A stretch of DNA of 64,000 nt, from positions 62,001 to 126,000 of the forward strand of contig ADNK01000260.1 in assembly GCA_000320545.1 (NCBI GenBank), read 5' to 3'. The first letter of the stretch is position 1, and every line of letters begins with the position of its first letter. This document shows, piece after piece, positions 1 through 13,124 of this stretch. The translations under genes were made by a program, and so were the position numbers. The DNA is from Bigelowiella natans CCMP2755. Taxonomy: Eukaryota > Protista > Cercozoa. Below the pieces are notes generated by a model. It was not told where the DNA came from and searched no databases. It saw only the letters and a list, made by a program, of their open reading frames with translations.

Positions 1-120
1 TGAAACCAATAATTACAGTTTATTTATTCATTTGCAAGATCTCATTCTTTTTCCACCAAAATGATAACGAATGCTGGTAGATTGTTTTGTCTCACACTCC
101 GATGAAATCTCTGGTTAGCA

Positions 121-1450
121 GGTGATATTAAAACATTATTAGAGGAGGAAGTGGAAAACAATGCGTACAGATGTATATATTAAGGCCACTGCCCGCCACT
201 TCTATGCTGCTCGTGCTGGTATTTTGCTCTTGCTGGTAATTCTATGCCAACAGGTACGGAGATGAGGCAGTATTAGTCGGAGGACCTGAGAGAGTTTTAA
301 GCGTTGCAAAAGCTTATGGTTATAAAAAAGCAGTGCATATTGCAGACGTAGTTCGGGGCGATCCACATGTGTGGCCGTGTGGTGATCATCAGCAGGAATC
401 CCCAGGTGCTTTGCTTGCACACAGTTTACATGTGCGTACCGGCATACCAATCTACCAGAATGTCGCCTAATTTACAGATTTTCCTTCTGCTAATTGAACT
501 GATACATAGAGGGAGAGCCAGTGGATATTGACAGTATTGCAGCAGTGATGTACATGCACGACGATGACTCCTGGGGTCGAGATATACAAGTGATCATCAT
601 CCCTATAATAAAGTAAAATCGGGATTCATTTTAACAGTATTTTTTCTTGTTAAAAGGTAATTTGTGATGCACTGCTAGCTGGAGTAAAAAGCAGAGGAAT
701 ACAAACGCCTATGTACTTTTCGAATCCCGACTTTATATATGCGGCAAACCACCCGATGCCTCGGCTAGCGCAAGGTTCAGCGAATTGCTATAATGAGCTC
801 TCGCCTGCTTAACACGGTTCGTGATCAGGCGCATTCAAGGAAGCTTTGCGCACAGTATATGAGCGTTTGAGCGGTCTTTCTATGTCTTACACCTCTTTCG
901 GAAAGCCAAACGTACCAACGTACGATAACACCTCAATTATTAAAATTATGCAGAAACTTTTCTCCTTTCCCCTTAGCTTAATGTCATATTTGCAGATATA
1001 CCTTCGCACAAGAGGCAATTGAAAAACACGCCATCGGGCCAGTAGACGTCGTATATGGGTCGGGCAAAAGCTGGATCGTATGAATAATATTTTGCCTGAA
1101 GTTTTATTCTCTTTCAGGATTGGTGATAATCCTGCTTCAGATATCCATGGTCGAAGTGTATAAAACTCTGTTATATGGGCTCTGTTCTGTGAGCATGGCG
1201 TGTCGTGTTATGTCTGATAGTACTAAATGTCACAGTGCTCACTATCCACCGTTACATGATTAGCACTTCCTTTTCTTTTTCAAAAGGTGCAAATTGTAAA
1301 GATGGTTGGGAGTCCGTCTTATTGAAGACTGGGGTATGGGACGGTGTAAGCAAGCCCGAATACGTTCCAGACTACGTGTGCGATGACGTTTTGGAAGCTA
1401 TTGAAAAAATTATTGCTGAGGATTTGGAGTCATGTGAATTTGAGGGATGA
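121..1450 (+). CDS. HDHD5: HAD-superfamily IIA hydrolase, CECR5/HDHD5-like (multi-exon, 5' end lies upstream of the window)
   Basis: Spliced translation gives VLVGGPERVLSVAKAYGY..., MHDDDSWGRDIQVICDALL, YFSNPDFIYAANHPMPRLAQGAFKEAL, FGKPNVPTYTFA, VYGIGDNPASDIHGAN and WESVLLKTGVW, which are typical CECR5/HAD-IIA motifs. Stop at 1450; short GT-AG introns. Confidence 0.88.
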
Positions 1451-1837
1451 TTAAAAAAATTTACTTGCATTGGGTATTACATGAATCCACAGAGCGCGAA
1501 ATGCATGCTTAGAACCCTACCACCTGCCTAATAAAATGTACATAGAATCATGCACGATGTTTTACATTTTCTTTCATATAGCAATATACAACAGTCACGG
1601 CCATGATGCACAATGTTTGCTAGCTGCACGTTTCAAATTTGCTCAAAAACCGCATGGTCTTCACATCATCATCTGATCGAGCGGAGCAAGGCTGCTTGTG
1701 TGTCTATGTGTGGCGGGCTGCGCTTTCGACCAGTTGTGTCAATTTCAAATTCAAAATGCATGTCTAGATGTCTTACAAACGACACCAAGGAGCGCGCATG
1801 CTTGCTAGCCTAGCATAAGAGGTATAATCTTTGCATG

Positions 1838-4200
1838 TTATGTAAAACCTTCAAAGCCTTGCACTCCCATATCATACGGCATAGAGACATCAACGCCTTG
1901 AAATACATATTTAGTGGCAAACTCCGAAAACCTTCTTGCGTATGTCAGCGTGTCCTCGCAACTCACGTCTTTTTGACCTAAAACCTGCTTCTTCATAAAT
2001 CGTTCGCTTCTTTTTTGGATGTTGAACAGCTGTAGGGTATCGATAATGCTCACCCAGAAGTACGAATGAGGAAGGCCTTCCGGAGAATGCACACCCACCA
2101 GCAAGGAATAGTCACAGATGTTCAACTTCTGCAACATGTCCACATCTCTTTTCAGGGCTACTTCAACTTTAGAATACATCTGCATTGGCAATCGAATCCT
2201 CAGGTTAGACTTTTTCCAATTAATATCCTTCAAAACTGGATTATTATCGCCATTATCACTCTGTCTCGAATAATTTTTATCGATCTTTTCCTTCCCTTCA
2301 AGAACATATCGCCCTTGTGTACTGCCCTTCAAATCAAATATCCTCGTTGGACGTATCCCTTGCCTCTCTGAGAGAGCGTTTTCCATACATACTAAATAGA
2401 TCTTTCGTTTATCCCCGGAAATCTCGATTGAATATAACCCAAAATATCTAGCTAGGAAGCTCCTCAAGCCGACGTCACCGAGTCGAATATTTGGGTAATT
2501 AACAGCGGATGATGCTGCCGATCTTATCCTCGTTGCATCTCTTCTTGCTGCAAATAAATGGGAATAATATGTGGGAAGGATGGATCGGAGGACCTCTGCC
2601 TCTTTCCTAGGTAACGTTTTCAGCACAAATCTCCCATCTGTTGACTTGTAGAATAACTGACCGCTTTTTCCTGGTTGAAAGAGGCATGTCAGTTGATGTG
2701 ATGTGCTTGTGATGAAATTCTCAATTTGGAAATATACCAGCTCCCAGCTTACCGCCTTTGAGCTTTAACAACGAATTTTGGTAGGCCGTATCGGTAATAT
2801 TAAGCATATGACGAAGGCAACGGAAAGCGATTGGAGCATATGTTGTGAAACTATATTTCACATTTATGCAATAGCTATCGTGAGAAAGGGCTTCAGAAAA
2901 ATGTAAGGCGTCCAGAACGGCTGCTGAACCTAAATTGATAATATGTTAACATCTTAGGTTTATTTGAAGCAATATTGAGACGACGACGATGACGACGACG
3001 ACCTGGCTTTGTTGGATCATCTAGTCGTTGACTCATATTGTGCAGCATGAAAGAACACCGCAAAGCCGCACCAAATACTTGATGCACACATTCAACAGCT
3101 TTGATAATCTTTCTCGATCGCTTGGAGTTTGTAAATCCAAGCTTACTTTCCTTATCAGTCTTCACCGCCTTTGGAGTCTTACTTTGTCCCTTATCAAACC
3201 ATGAGTGCACCTAAAGCATCGTCGCCATCATCATCATTACAAAGGTATCTGAGCACATCGGTGGTTCGTTCGTGACCTCCCAACTCAGATCATGAACTGT
3301 ACGCTCCAAAGTACGAATCATATTTGACTTTCCAGTAGGAGGACTACTGTAAGATTTGGTCGCAACAGCCTTCGGAATAGGGCGAGCGATTACTCCTCCC
3401 CCAGTCCGTCCTCCATCTTCAGTTCTCACCGAATAAGCGGTGACCACTGGGTACTTTGCCTTTATAGATAGCGATGGTGGCGAATCTATGGAGAAAGTTA
3501 ATAATATTCAGATCGTTTTCATTGAAGAATCAGATCTATGATAAAGAGATATCAATCAAATTCGCGTACATGCAGCACCTGACAATATTGAGTTAATGCG
3601 ATCCAGAGATTGTTTATGAAGGAACGCTCGCTAATTAAAACACAGCTGACTTACGTTTGCACCAATTTTTGATGCAAGATACATCCTAACCTCATTAGCT
3701 AAGACATGTAAGTCTTTCTGTGGAAGCTGTCGAAGAATTTCGAGGGCCTTTTCATGCCTAAGAATCATTTTTCGACAAAATAATTACATTTATCTTTCTT
3801 GGCCCGTAACACTCCACCTTTGACGCGCAGCACTATATTCTCCCGCTTCTTCCAAACTGTCCGCTGCTTCTTCAAACCGAAAACTTGCTGCAATAGCTCT
3901 TACACATCCTGGGCTGGGTGGAGAATTGCGGAAGGTCGGTGGCAATACCATGCCCTGGACAATTTTTCTCTCGACGCATTGAGAAGCTGGGAGGGCTACA
4001 ACAACTGGTTCAGCGACGAGAGGTTTGTGAGAAGCCATTTTTTCTGTGACTGTGTGGAAAATATGTGCAATGAGTTGCTGAACTGCTAATTATATATTTG
4101 CCCGAGCACCTGGTTCTACTTCTACACGGAGTGCCTTCCTCGAATTTCCCACCTCGTTTGGTGGTGAGACCTCTTCTATCGTTACTCTTCTTGCCTCCAT
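1838..4200 (-). CDS. Phosphatidylinositol-phosphate kinase (PIP5K family), multi-exon
   Basis: The spliced frame gives GAGKSGQLFYKSTDGRFVLKT, followed by FDLKGS, LKDIN, CDYSLLVGV and IIDTLQ (PIPK core, last exon 1838-~2671). ATG at 4200 splices in frame onto the MASHKP exon. Confidence 0.9.
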
Positions 4201-4918
4201 GGTTCGTCCTCTTCCCCTCTTCTCCCCGTCGCCCTCCAGGCCCTCCTTCTCTTTGTAGTAGGTGGTTATTTCGTTTCGTTCGTTCGTGTGTCCGTTTTCA
4301 GATATTTAGACCACAATACTACGTAAAAACATCTAAATATAAATATCATCATCAACACACGTCGTACATCAATTTCGGAGGTTTTAGGTTCCGAAATCAC
4401 GTCGGTGTATTTAGGGCATATTATTACTTTCACAGATGATCTTTCCGACTTTCCGACGATCAGTTGGTAGTGACGGGTGGTAGTGGCAGTAGCAGTTAGT
4501 GGCGGCAGTACTCCATGAACTCATCATTCATCAATAAATAGCAGCAGCACTAAGTTCACTGCTCATTGTAGATGTACTGCAACATGTTATTGTCGTTGTT
4601 GTTGTTGCTATTGTTGTTGTTACAGTTGTTATTTTACAAACTAGTCATTAACTATCTCTCATCGGGTAAGTCCTAGATGTCAAAACTGAGGGGATTTAAC
4701 GGTCGAAGGCCCTTATCAGTGTTGTCTCACGGGACAATTTGCTACGTTCCATCATCCACTTCAAAGGTTCTGGACCATCGCCACCCCCTCATTGCACAGG
4801 CACTACTGCTACATCGCCACTCAGTCCACCCAGGCTTACTAATCAGCCTAAATCAAACTTCCCCGAGCAACTAAAGGATGAATGTAGTAACTTTTTAAAA
4901 TGCGTTTTATTCTTTGAT

Positions 4919-7619
4919 ATGAGGGAAAATGTAACAAAATGTGAAAAGGGTACTGGTGGACGAACTACTCATCTTAAAAGGGAGAGGTCCGAAAGCACTG
5001 AAGAAATTCTCGACGTCATAAACTACTTCGTGGTATATTTCCAAATCGAATATTTTATCACATGCACTTCACATCAATCAACTGACAACTGACATGACTC
5101 TTTAAACAAATGTTTAGCCACCGACACCACCACCTTTGGCGAGGAAGAACTCAAATGGGGCCCCAGCAAATCATGTTGTGTACTTCCAGGTGAATAATGG
5201 AGATTCTTCCTCGGACTTATCAATTAAATCCATTTCCTCTTTGTGTAGACTGGACATCTTGGTCCAGACATTGAATATCGAGTAAAAACTGCTTGCGTAA
5301 ACTGCAAAAACTCAAAAACTCGTTGCGACAACCAACGCCCATGTAAGCGTTGTGTAAGAACGGGTAGAGCAAACTCATGCACCGATAGGTACACAGAATG
5401 TTCTTGATTCGCGTTCTCATACTAAATATGGAACATGTCTAGTGTTCACAAAAAGAGAGGCCGAGGCCTTGTCACTCGCAAATGGAAATGGTCTTCAACA
5501 CCACAATTTAACAATATCTCTGGTGATCTTTTAAACGGCAACCGTAATTCTCTTCGGCACAATAAGACTCCACTACAAGCAGCTTCTTTGAATGCTGATT
5601 CATCTTATTGTGAGATGACACTTTCAACTCCTGGGCAAAAACGGGGGAAAACTTCTCGTTCAAATACGAGCTCAATTGTAAAGAAGGAATTTAAGGGCCA
5701 GTTTCAACAAAAACATTGCAATTCCTCACCAAGCACGAAAAAGGAATTTCCCATTCTCGATGCATTGAAAATATCTGGACGGGACACTAGTACCTTAAAC
5801 TTTTCTTCTGATCCTTATGACCATAACCAGCTTCTCTCTCATCTGAATCCAGATCCACAACTAGCAACATACTCTTCGAACCCTTCAAATACGTCTGAAG
5901 TATCGTTGCCCACTCTGGACAAACGCTCTAACCGCTCTAATCACTTACCATACAATTCCTCACATATATTTGATGCTGGAAATGGGAATCTTTCAGACCT
6001 TAATCAACTTGGGGATAATAACCAGAATGGGGAAGCACCTCTTGATCACTCATCGTCTTCATACAGACCTAACAAATGTCCCACGGGGAAAATCAATGCA
6101 ACAATCTTTTCATCCGATAAACCACAAACGAATTATGATGACCAAATGAATATTCTCCAACAAAGTGTCAAAAAGGGGCAAAATGCGGCATTTCTTCAAT
6201 TATCCCCTTTCATGAGTGGAGATAGGGGCATAGATTGTCAACAAGAAAATTTTAGTGATGTTCATACCTTGAGCGCACTGGAGGCGACAGCACGCGATCC
6301 ACAACGGTTTATTACCGAAAATGCGACATACTCGCTTCAAACTCTTCTCGATTCAGTTGGAAATGAGGATAATCCTCTCGGGCTACCACCTGACTTTGAC
6401 ACGAGATATCAGATCCCTTTGGGGAGCCTAAGAACTTCAAGTCAAAGAGTATCATCTCCTATTAATAGCGTTCCTGGAAAAGCAAATGTATCGGATTCTG
6501 TTCGAGGCAATAATTGTGATGACCGAGATGTTAACTTCAGAAGGAAATCAACTAGGATTACATCTCCAGCATTAACACAGTCGATGGCTTTGGAAAGGAA
6601 AAGGTTCCATAGTATAGATTTTATTGCAAATTAAACCTGCTACGTCCATTTTCGTGATTTCTGTGCTTTGATTTTACTATGTAGGGTTAAAGTGGAAAAT
6701 TCAGGGGGAAATGAAGTCAGACTTGAAAATGGAAAGAGCTGGTCCCGCCTTAAGAAAGTTGCAAAGAAGGTGATTCATTTATTTTTATTGAATTAGAAGA
6801 TGCTAGCTGGTATATCAGAAATTACAAAGAGGCAAATTTATGACTAAAGTACAACTTTATGAACTGACGGTAGCCTTTCTCAGCCCACATTCGTAGAGAC
6901 TGTGCTTACTGTGTGCAATGAAGAGTTAGAGAATTGGAATGGAAGGATAGGAGAGTCTATGCGGAATAAAGGTAATGTCATACACACATACTATTATATA
7001 CATGTATGTATACAAATATACAAAAGTATAAACACTATCCAATGCAACTCTTCAGTACTAAACATTTTTTCCATAAATAATCAACTCACATATTTTATGG
7101 GAACACATCGAAGACCCTATGCCCCCATGCCTTGGAAGTACAAACGATGATTCAGACTCTAATAAGAGGGATGAAACTGGTATTTATGTAGAATTATTGA
7201 ATAATAAGTGTGCCTGATGCCTGATACTGTCTCAGAGTCTCACAATTTCGTAAATAATTGGCTATGTTTGAGAATTTCCGTTGATAGGTCGACGAACCGT
7301 TCTATTTCCCGCCAGAGCTTCGTTAAAGTGTTATCAATTTGTCGCTCGTTGTATGTTGCATGGGATGCGCCAAGTTATTCACCCAGAGGTTAAGGAAGAT
7401 AACGTTTCAGCTACCAGTACGCCATCATCCTCGACCACTGCAGCGTGTACCCGAATTGGAGAAGAACTAGAGCCGGAATTATCAAACTTACCGCAGAATT
7501 CAGACTCCCGTGGGGGTAGAACCAAGAATGGCGAACCGGATCCAAAAGAGGTGTTTTACGGATCATTGCCAATAGGTGATCAGCGAAGCAAGGAACTATT
7601 CATGAACGACCTGAACTAA
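4919..7619 (+). CDS. Zn(II)2Cys6 binuclear-cluster transcription factor with a long low-complexity middle and a possible C-terminal PAS-like segment; start uncertain
   Basis: Exon 5249-~5388 encodes KTACVNCKNSKTRCDNQRPCKRCVRTGRANSCTD (CX2CX6CX5CX2CX8C) and splices to SVHKKRGRG at the start of the 5435-6634 ORF. Further exons run to the stop at 7619. Confidence 0.8.
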
Positions 7620-8440
7620 GAACTAGCTACATATATAGGCGTTGCTATTTTTACACTTTATCCGGTGCCCCGTGATCCAAGCTATCGGCCATGGATTAAT
7701 CAACGTCTTGCGGTACAACGTTGGATCTCCTTTTCGCCGCCTTCTTCTACAATTCTAAATCATAAATACTAGGATATGCTCGGATATGTAAGATCTGTGG
7801 TCCCTCGATTGCTGAGTAGCCTAGCTGGCGTGTCTCTTGTGTAAATGAATATTTTTATCCACGTGTCTCTAAAAGTCATCTTAGCTTTACATCGCATAGG
7901 TACCATCAATCAAATTTACGGAAATCAATCCGTCTTTTTGTTGAAGCATTAAGGCATCGAAGAGAAAATTATAGAGCTAGAACGATGTAATATATTTCAT
8001 TTCCAATCCATTCTTTGCGGTGGCTTTACGAAGAATTTATGAATTTTCACTTAGATGGATCCATGCAGATGGACGTCACTTGGACATGTTAGAAAGCGTA
8101 CTCATCAAGTATGTCCAAAATAAGAAAATAAGTACAGTTTCGGTCTCTAAATAATATAAGTTTGATATTACGTGTCCGGGTGTTTTTGTAGGTACAAACC
8201 GAATGGTATTCCGCTCAACGTCACATTTTTCATGCAAAATATATCCGGAATTAAAGTCGAAGAGTATGAAGATACAGAGTATGCCGCATGGTCTCCCCTA
8301 ACAGCTACGCCATCATTGTGTTTTTCAAGATCAACTTGAAGGAGAAACAAATAGGAAGCGTAATCCTCCTGGTAATTTGAAAAAATGCTTGCATTTGTAA
8401 TTGCAAAGGCGGAGAAAAGGAAAACTAATTTCTTGAATGC

Positions 8441-9900
8441 TGACAATGAATGAGCAAATGCAATTTGTGCTCTTTTTTGGTCTGCCTAGACACGATGCAC
8501 GTCTCCTAGCATGCACTCATCAACAGTGCAATGATTTCATCACACAGCACATGCCTGACATGTGTGCGATCGATCCCGCCCACCCATGTGTGAAAGTGCA
8601 AAGTGTTGCGACGCGCGACAGATTTGGGGTTGGCATTGATCGAAAACAGAAGGAAATGACAAGACCAGTTGAAATGCCATGCAGATGTGAAAACGCACAC
8701 ACACACTTAGCTAGGAGTGCAGCACTGTGGCATGCACAAGTGCAGTCTCTAATTCGCTGCGCATGCTAGCTGCAGGGATCGACTTGCAAGTCCACATGCG
8801 TGTGCGCGAAAACACATGTGCATGTCAGTTATTCATGTGTGCAAAAAGGTGGGTGTGCACTTTTCACATCCACACATGCACCAAATGAGTTCACATGCAG
8901 CTTGCCTGCACGAACGTGCTAGCGTATCAGCCATTGATATGTGCATCGTGGTCAACAGCGCTACAGAGCGATGTGCGCAAACAAATGATCAAAATTGAAA
9001 TCCCGAAGCGATGAGAGTGGCATGTTGGCATGCCATTGCACTCATGTCGTGCGTCATTTGCATCCACGGCACCTCGCACACACGTGTTGTTATTCCATGA
9101 ATCCCGCAATTGCCACGTCTAGACGTTGTTTGGACACGCTGCGACGTTTCTTCGCAAAATCCAGAAAATGAAGGTCAGAACGAATCATCAGAGCAGACGC
9201 GAGACTCATCAAAACTGTCAACATGAAACCATGTTGACATGTCAGTTTATAAGTTGATGAACATTTTGCTCAGTTTGTTCAAATTGACCGTTCGTTCTCA
9301 ATTGATTGTCCAAAAATCATTTTAAGCTCACAATGCTAGAATGCAATCATCAAGTTGCAACATTTGCCATCCAAAACTAATGCTCAGCAATTTTGATGCA
9401 ACAGATTGCACTGCATGTGTGCACATCTACATGGGCTGATGTGCATCTACGCACGCAGACAGCGCTGCGAGATGTCAGTGCTAGCCTCGTCTGTGCCATC
9501 AAAATGTGAGCATTTCTTCAACATTGCGCACATTTCTCATGTTCATTCTACAGAAGCATGGGGACCAAGTAACATTGATCTGAATTTGATTGAATCCAAA
9601 AATCAAATGGAAATGTCATTTCACAATTTCAGCAGAAAAGGGGGTTTGACTCTCCGGGTCAAGTCGATGACAACGACTAAATATGCGCCAACGAATAAAT
9701 GCTCTTTTGGTGTAGGCAGTGAACGTGTAAAAGGACACCTAAACAGATTTTTCCTTTTCAGATTTCCCCTTTTGGTCATGTAGGCCGACACAGCTGTTCT
9801 GGACTCCTTTCCTGCAGTGTTGCGAACATGTCCATAGGTGATGCATGTTCACAACATCATTTGCATGTGTGTGTGCGTGTGCACGTGGTTAAATGAACAA
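8441..9900. mobile_element. Degenerate intergenic repeat or possible TE remnant, strongly TpA-depleted
   Basis: No credible ORF. Hand count gives ~13 TA in 8441-9240, 6 of them in CTAG. TG/CA-rich, with a perfect 10-bp hairpin at 9216-9239. TE identity is an inference. Confidence 0.4.
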
Positions 9901-10107
9901 ATGTGTATTTCATCTTAATGAGAACTACATTCACCAGAAATTGTATCTTCGATTTCTTTGGGAAGAAAACAATTCGTCAAAAAACACATCATGACTCGAT
10001 ATGTACGACCTGTATGTTTCAAGATGTTTGGTCAGATTTTCGCAAATCTTGACAGCATCATAGAGGTTTTTGGACACGACCTATGGTGAAGGACAAGTGA
10101 GCACCAA

Positions 10108-13100
10108 TTACCATGCATCAGTCGCCGAAACAGAACAACAAAGCATCGTCTATCAAATTTGAATAGGATGAAATATTTTCACTTACTCTCAGGACTATTT
10201 CTTCTTTCTGTTTCTGCCCGGTTTTGAGCATAATGCAGACCTGCCCACACAAAATATAATGTGTGAGACTGAAACCTTGCAAATTTAGCAGCTATGCATT
10301 CTTGATACCTTTCCTCCTTTCTTCCATTGAAATTCACAAACAACGGTCATCGGAATTATCAGCATACCCGTCTTCTTGTCCTCTAAGTGCAACCAATATA
10401 ACTAAATAACTTCTCTCCAGGAAAAAGGCGAAATTTCGGCGAATCGATAGATAGGATGATGCTACAAATTTTGATTTATCATTTCTACTTGTATTTCCCG
10501 TCTCTCTGAGATTTTTCTCCAGTTGTATAAGTTTGCCTTCATCCTCCAATATCTCTACCAGAAACCAACGATATCAATTAAGAATGGATCAAACGTCGAA
10601 CCAAAAACCAAATTAAAGATTGCATAAAATAAAACAAAAAACGTGTGAATAATATCATCTTGACATCAACTTGGTTGCTGTTGGTAAACATCTTGTTTTA
10701 TATGATTTAAACAAAGAGAAAATGAAGCATATACGTACCCTTTGTATTGCAAAGATACAACGCATACTTCCACATACGAATGTAAATCGTTCTCCAAATT
10801 CCGAGGATCCCTCTTTTTTTGATGGCACATTTGACCTCAGGTAGTGTGAAGTACCTGGGATATGTGTAGATTTGAGTGCAGAAATAATCTTTAGGTAGCC
10901 AAACTTGACATATTCAAGCTATTTCGTGAAATTTAACTTTTAATCTATGATGCAGACGGTTCCTCACGGTAGAAAAAGTATATTAGAACACAAATCGATA
11001 TTCCGAGAAATAATCACCCCGGAAAATCAAAATCAAATACAGAGAAAGTTGTTTGACAAGTAATCATGTGCATGCCCTCGTGGCCTTCTTCTGGTAAAAG
11101 AATATGAAAAGATAAAATTTTGGAAACATTTCCCCATTAGTCTAACAACGATTGTGAGTTGTTGTGCTCACTCGGGTATGGAGCTAACTCTCTTCCGATG
11201 CCCTGATTTCATAATTTGACATAAGAAAAAATAGGCCGTCGTTTAGTCACTGAATCTGATTTCGTCTTATATTGCACATATTCTTTACGTTCATCTTTGA
11301 TTTGCAGCATGTCGCAGCCACCTACCCTCAAATGTGGTCTGATCCTCTTCCTTCACTACAAATTCAGTCCCCCTTTCTGTGCCTGTACGAGATGGATGAA
11401 GACACGGCGGAGTTTAGAGAATGTAGAGACAACGTAAATGCAGTGGAACAGAACGTAGTCTATTTTGTTGTCCTTGTTGCTCCCTCTTAAGTCTAATTCT
11501 TCCTCCCTTCCGTGCTTACACTAAAGACTAGTTCAACACATAGGATTTTCCAACAGAGCATACGTGAGAGAGTGAGAGCATCTTCTTCAGCATCTTTCGA
11601 ATGATCTTTAGCTTCATCCTCGCTGTTGCAGCCTAGATCGGAATCAGCCAAGTTGGTGCTCTGTGGCTTGCTCTGAGAATAAACAAATAATACTCAGAAC
11701 TGGTGCGGGTGGAGGAAGAAACAGAAGAAGAAGATGATGATAATGATGATGTCGCAGTTGTGGGTATTTATGACCTTCGCGCTTGTAGTTTTCTTTTCTG
11801 TGTTTGCCTGGATCCTGAAGTAGACGACGCAATGTATTCGTTGAATTCAATGTCCAAATGAGACAATCACATACAGATATCCACAATGAAAAGAAATGCT
11901 GAGAACTACAGATTGAGAAGAGGCTTGCCATCTTCTGTTTCAATTTGCGACCATCCTGAAAATAAAATGCCGACAAATGAAACATTGAGAACGATAGAAA
12001 TTATTGAAATATTGCCTTTTTCATGCTGCAGCCATTTGCCTTCAAGTTGAATTTGCGCGAGCTTCTCCTGCATTGCGCATTAAGACATTACTCCATCGTT
12101 ATTATGACTACAAATATTATTTTTTTTTACGTCATAGACTAGCAGTCCAATCTGCTGACTATCTTTGTCCGGTGACTTTCGTATTCTAAGGCCGTGGTGA
12201 GCGACTACAACCCATTGGCTGCAGGATACAACAAGTTCAGGCTTATGATCGACGCAATTTTCGCAACACGACGTACATTCCAAGGAGGACTGTTCCATCT
12301 TTCTTCCGCATTAATGACCACCCTAAATCAAGGATACACAGTTTCATTCCGCTAAGTGGATTTATCCTCCAAGAGAAAAAGAACCAAGGAGTTCACGCAA
12401 CCACCTCGTTTGTGCTGAAGCCAATCGCCAGCTGTTTTTAATCCCAAAACCTCCTCCTATTGGCGCAAGCCAGCAAGCAGAATTTTTTGAATTTTTAGAT
12501 GGTGGTATTTGCTATTCGATACGCATTACCGCAATGTTTAACACTCCGACATCTTTCGCTTCTGCAGACGGACTCAAACGGATGTATACACCGCCCTTCG
12601 AAACGACAATCCATTTACTGATTCCAAGTACAAAATGAGGTTGGTATTACAGTTGATTTTCGCAGCGTATAGCTACAAAGTGGGGTCAAATTCACCCTAG
12701 GGCTTGCCCAGACTCCACGCACTTGGATAAGAGGATTGAGCCATCATCTTTTCGAATCTGTGACCAACCTAATGTTACTCTGGCTCAGCTCATTGAATGT
12801 AAGCTAGTATCCTGTCTGCAATATTTGAGTAAAGAGTTTATATCCTACCTCGAATGTGCCGTATCCAATGCTGTTGTACCTCGTAGGCGTCAATTATATC
12901 CTGGAAAAATATGTTCTGAAATTCCAACAAGCTCGCGGTGATATAAATTTTTATACCCCAAGCTGGATTACGCCGAGTTCCTCCGAGGTTTTATCTGGAT
13001 TTTTCCGAATGAAGACTCCACTGGGAGTGATTACTTCCCACGACCTACAGAAAAGAGAAGCAAGGAAGTTTAAGACAGTAGGCGGCATCGCAGATAGTGA

Positions 13101-13124
13101 AGCCGACCCGATGCATTTTGCCAT
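10108..13124 (-). CDS. Uncharacterised protein with three tandem SH3b-like (bacterial SH3_3-type) repeats and an unknown C-terminal region
   Basis: Spliced repeats: WEVITPSGVFIRKNPDKTSEELGVIQLG-DII..QHWIRHIRGWSQIRKDDGSILL; WIVVSKGGVYIRLSPSAEAKDVGVLNIA-EEV..GDWLQHKRGWSLMRKKDGTVLL; WVVVAHHGLRIRKSPDKDSQQIGLLVYD-EKL..GKWLQHEKGWSQIETEDGKPLL. ATG at 13124; 3' exons are less certain. Confidence 0.72.

Noticed and set aside
7700-8440. Possible minus-strand gene or pseudogene fragment (ORF 8168-8446)
   Set aside because: I could not build a consistent spliced frame or recognise any motif.
8437-9109. Cys/His-rich ORFs as metal-binding proteins (also at 25062-25622 and 60381-61508)
   Set aside because: Loss of TA removes Tyr and TAA codons and creates Cys/His codons, so these open frames are a compositional by-product.
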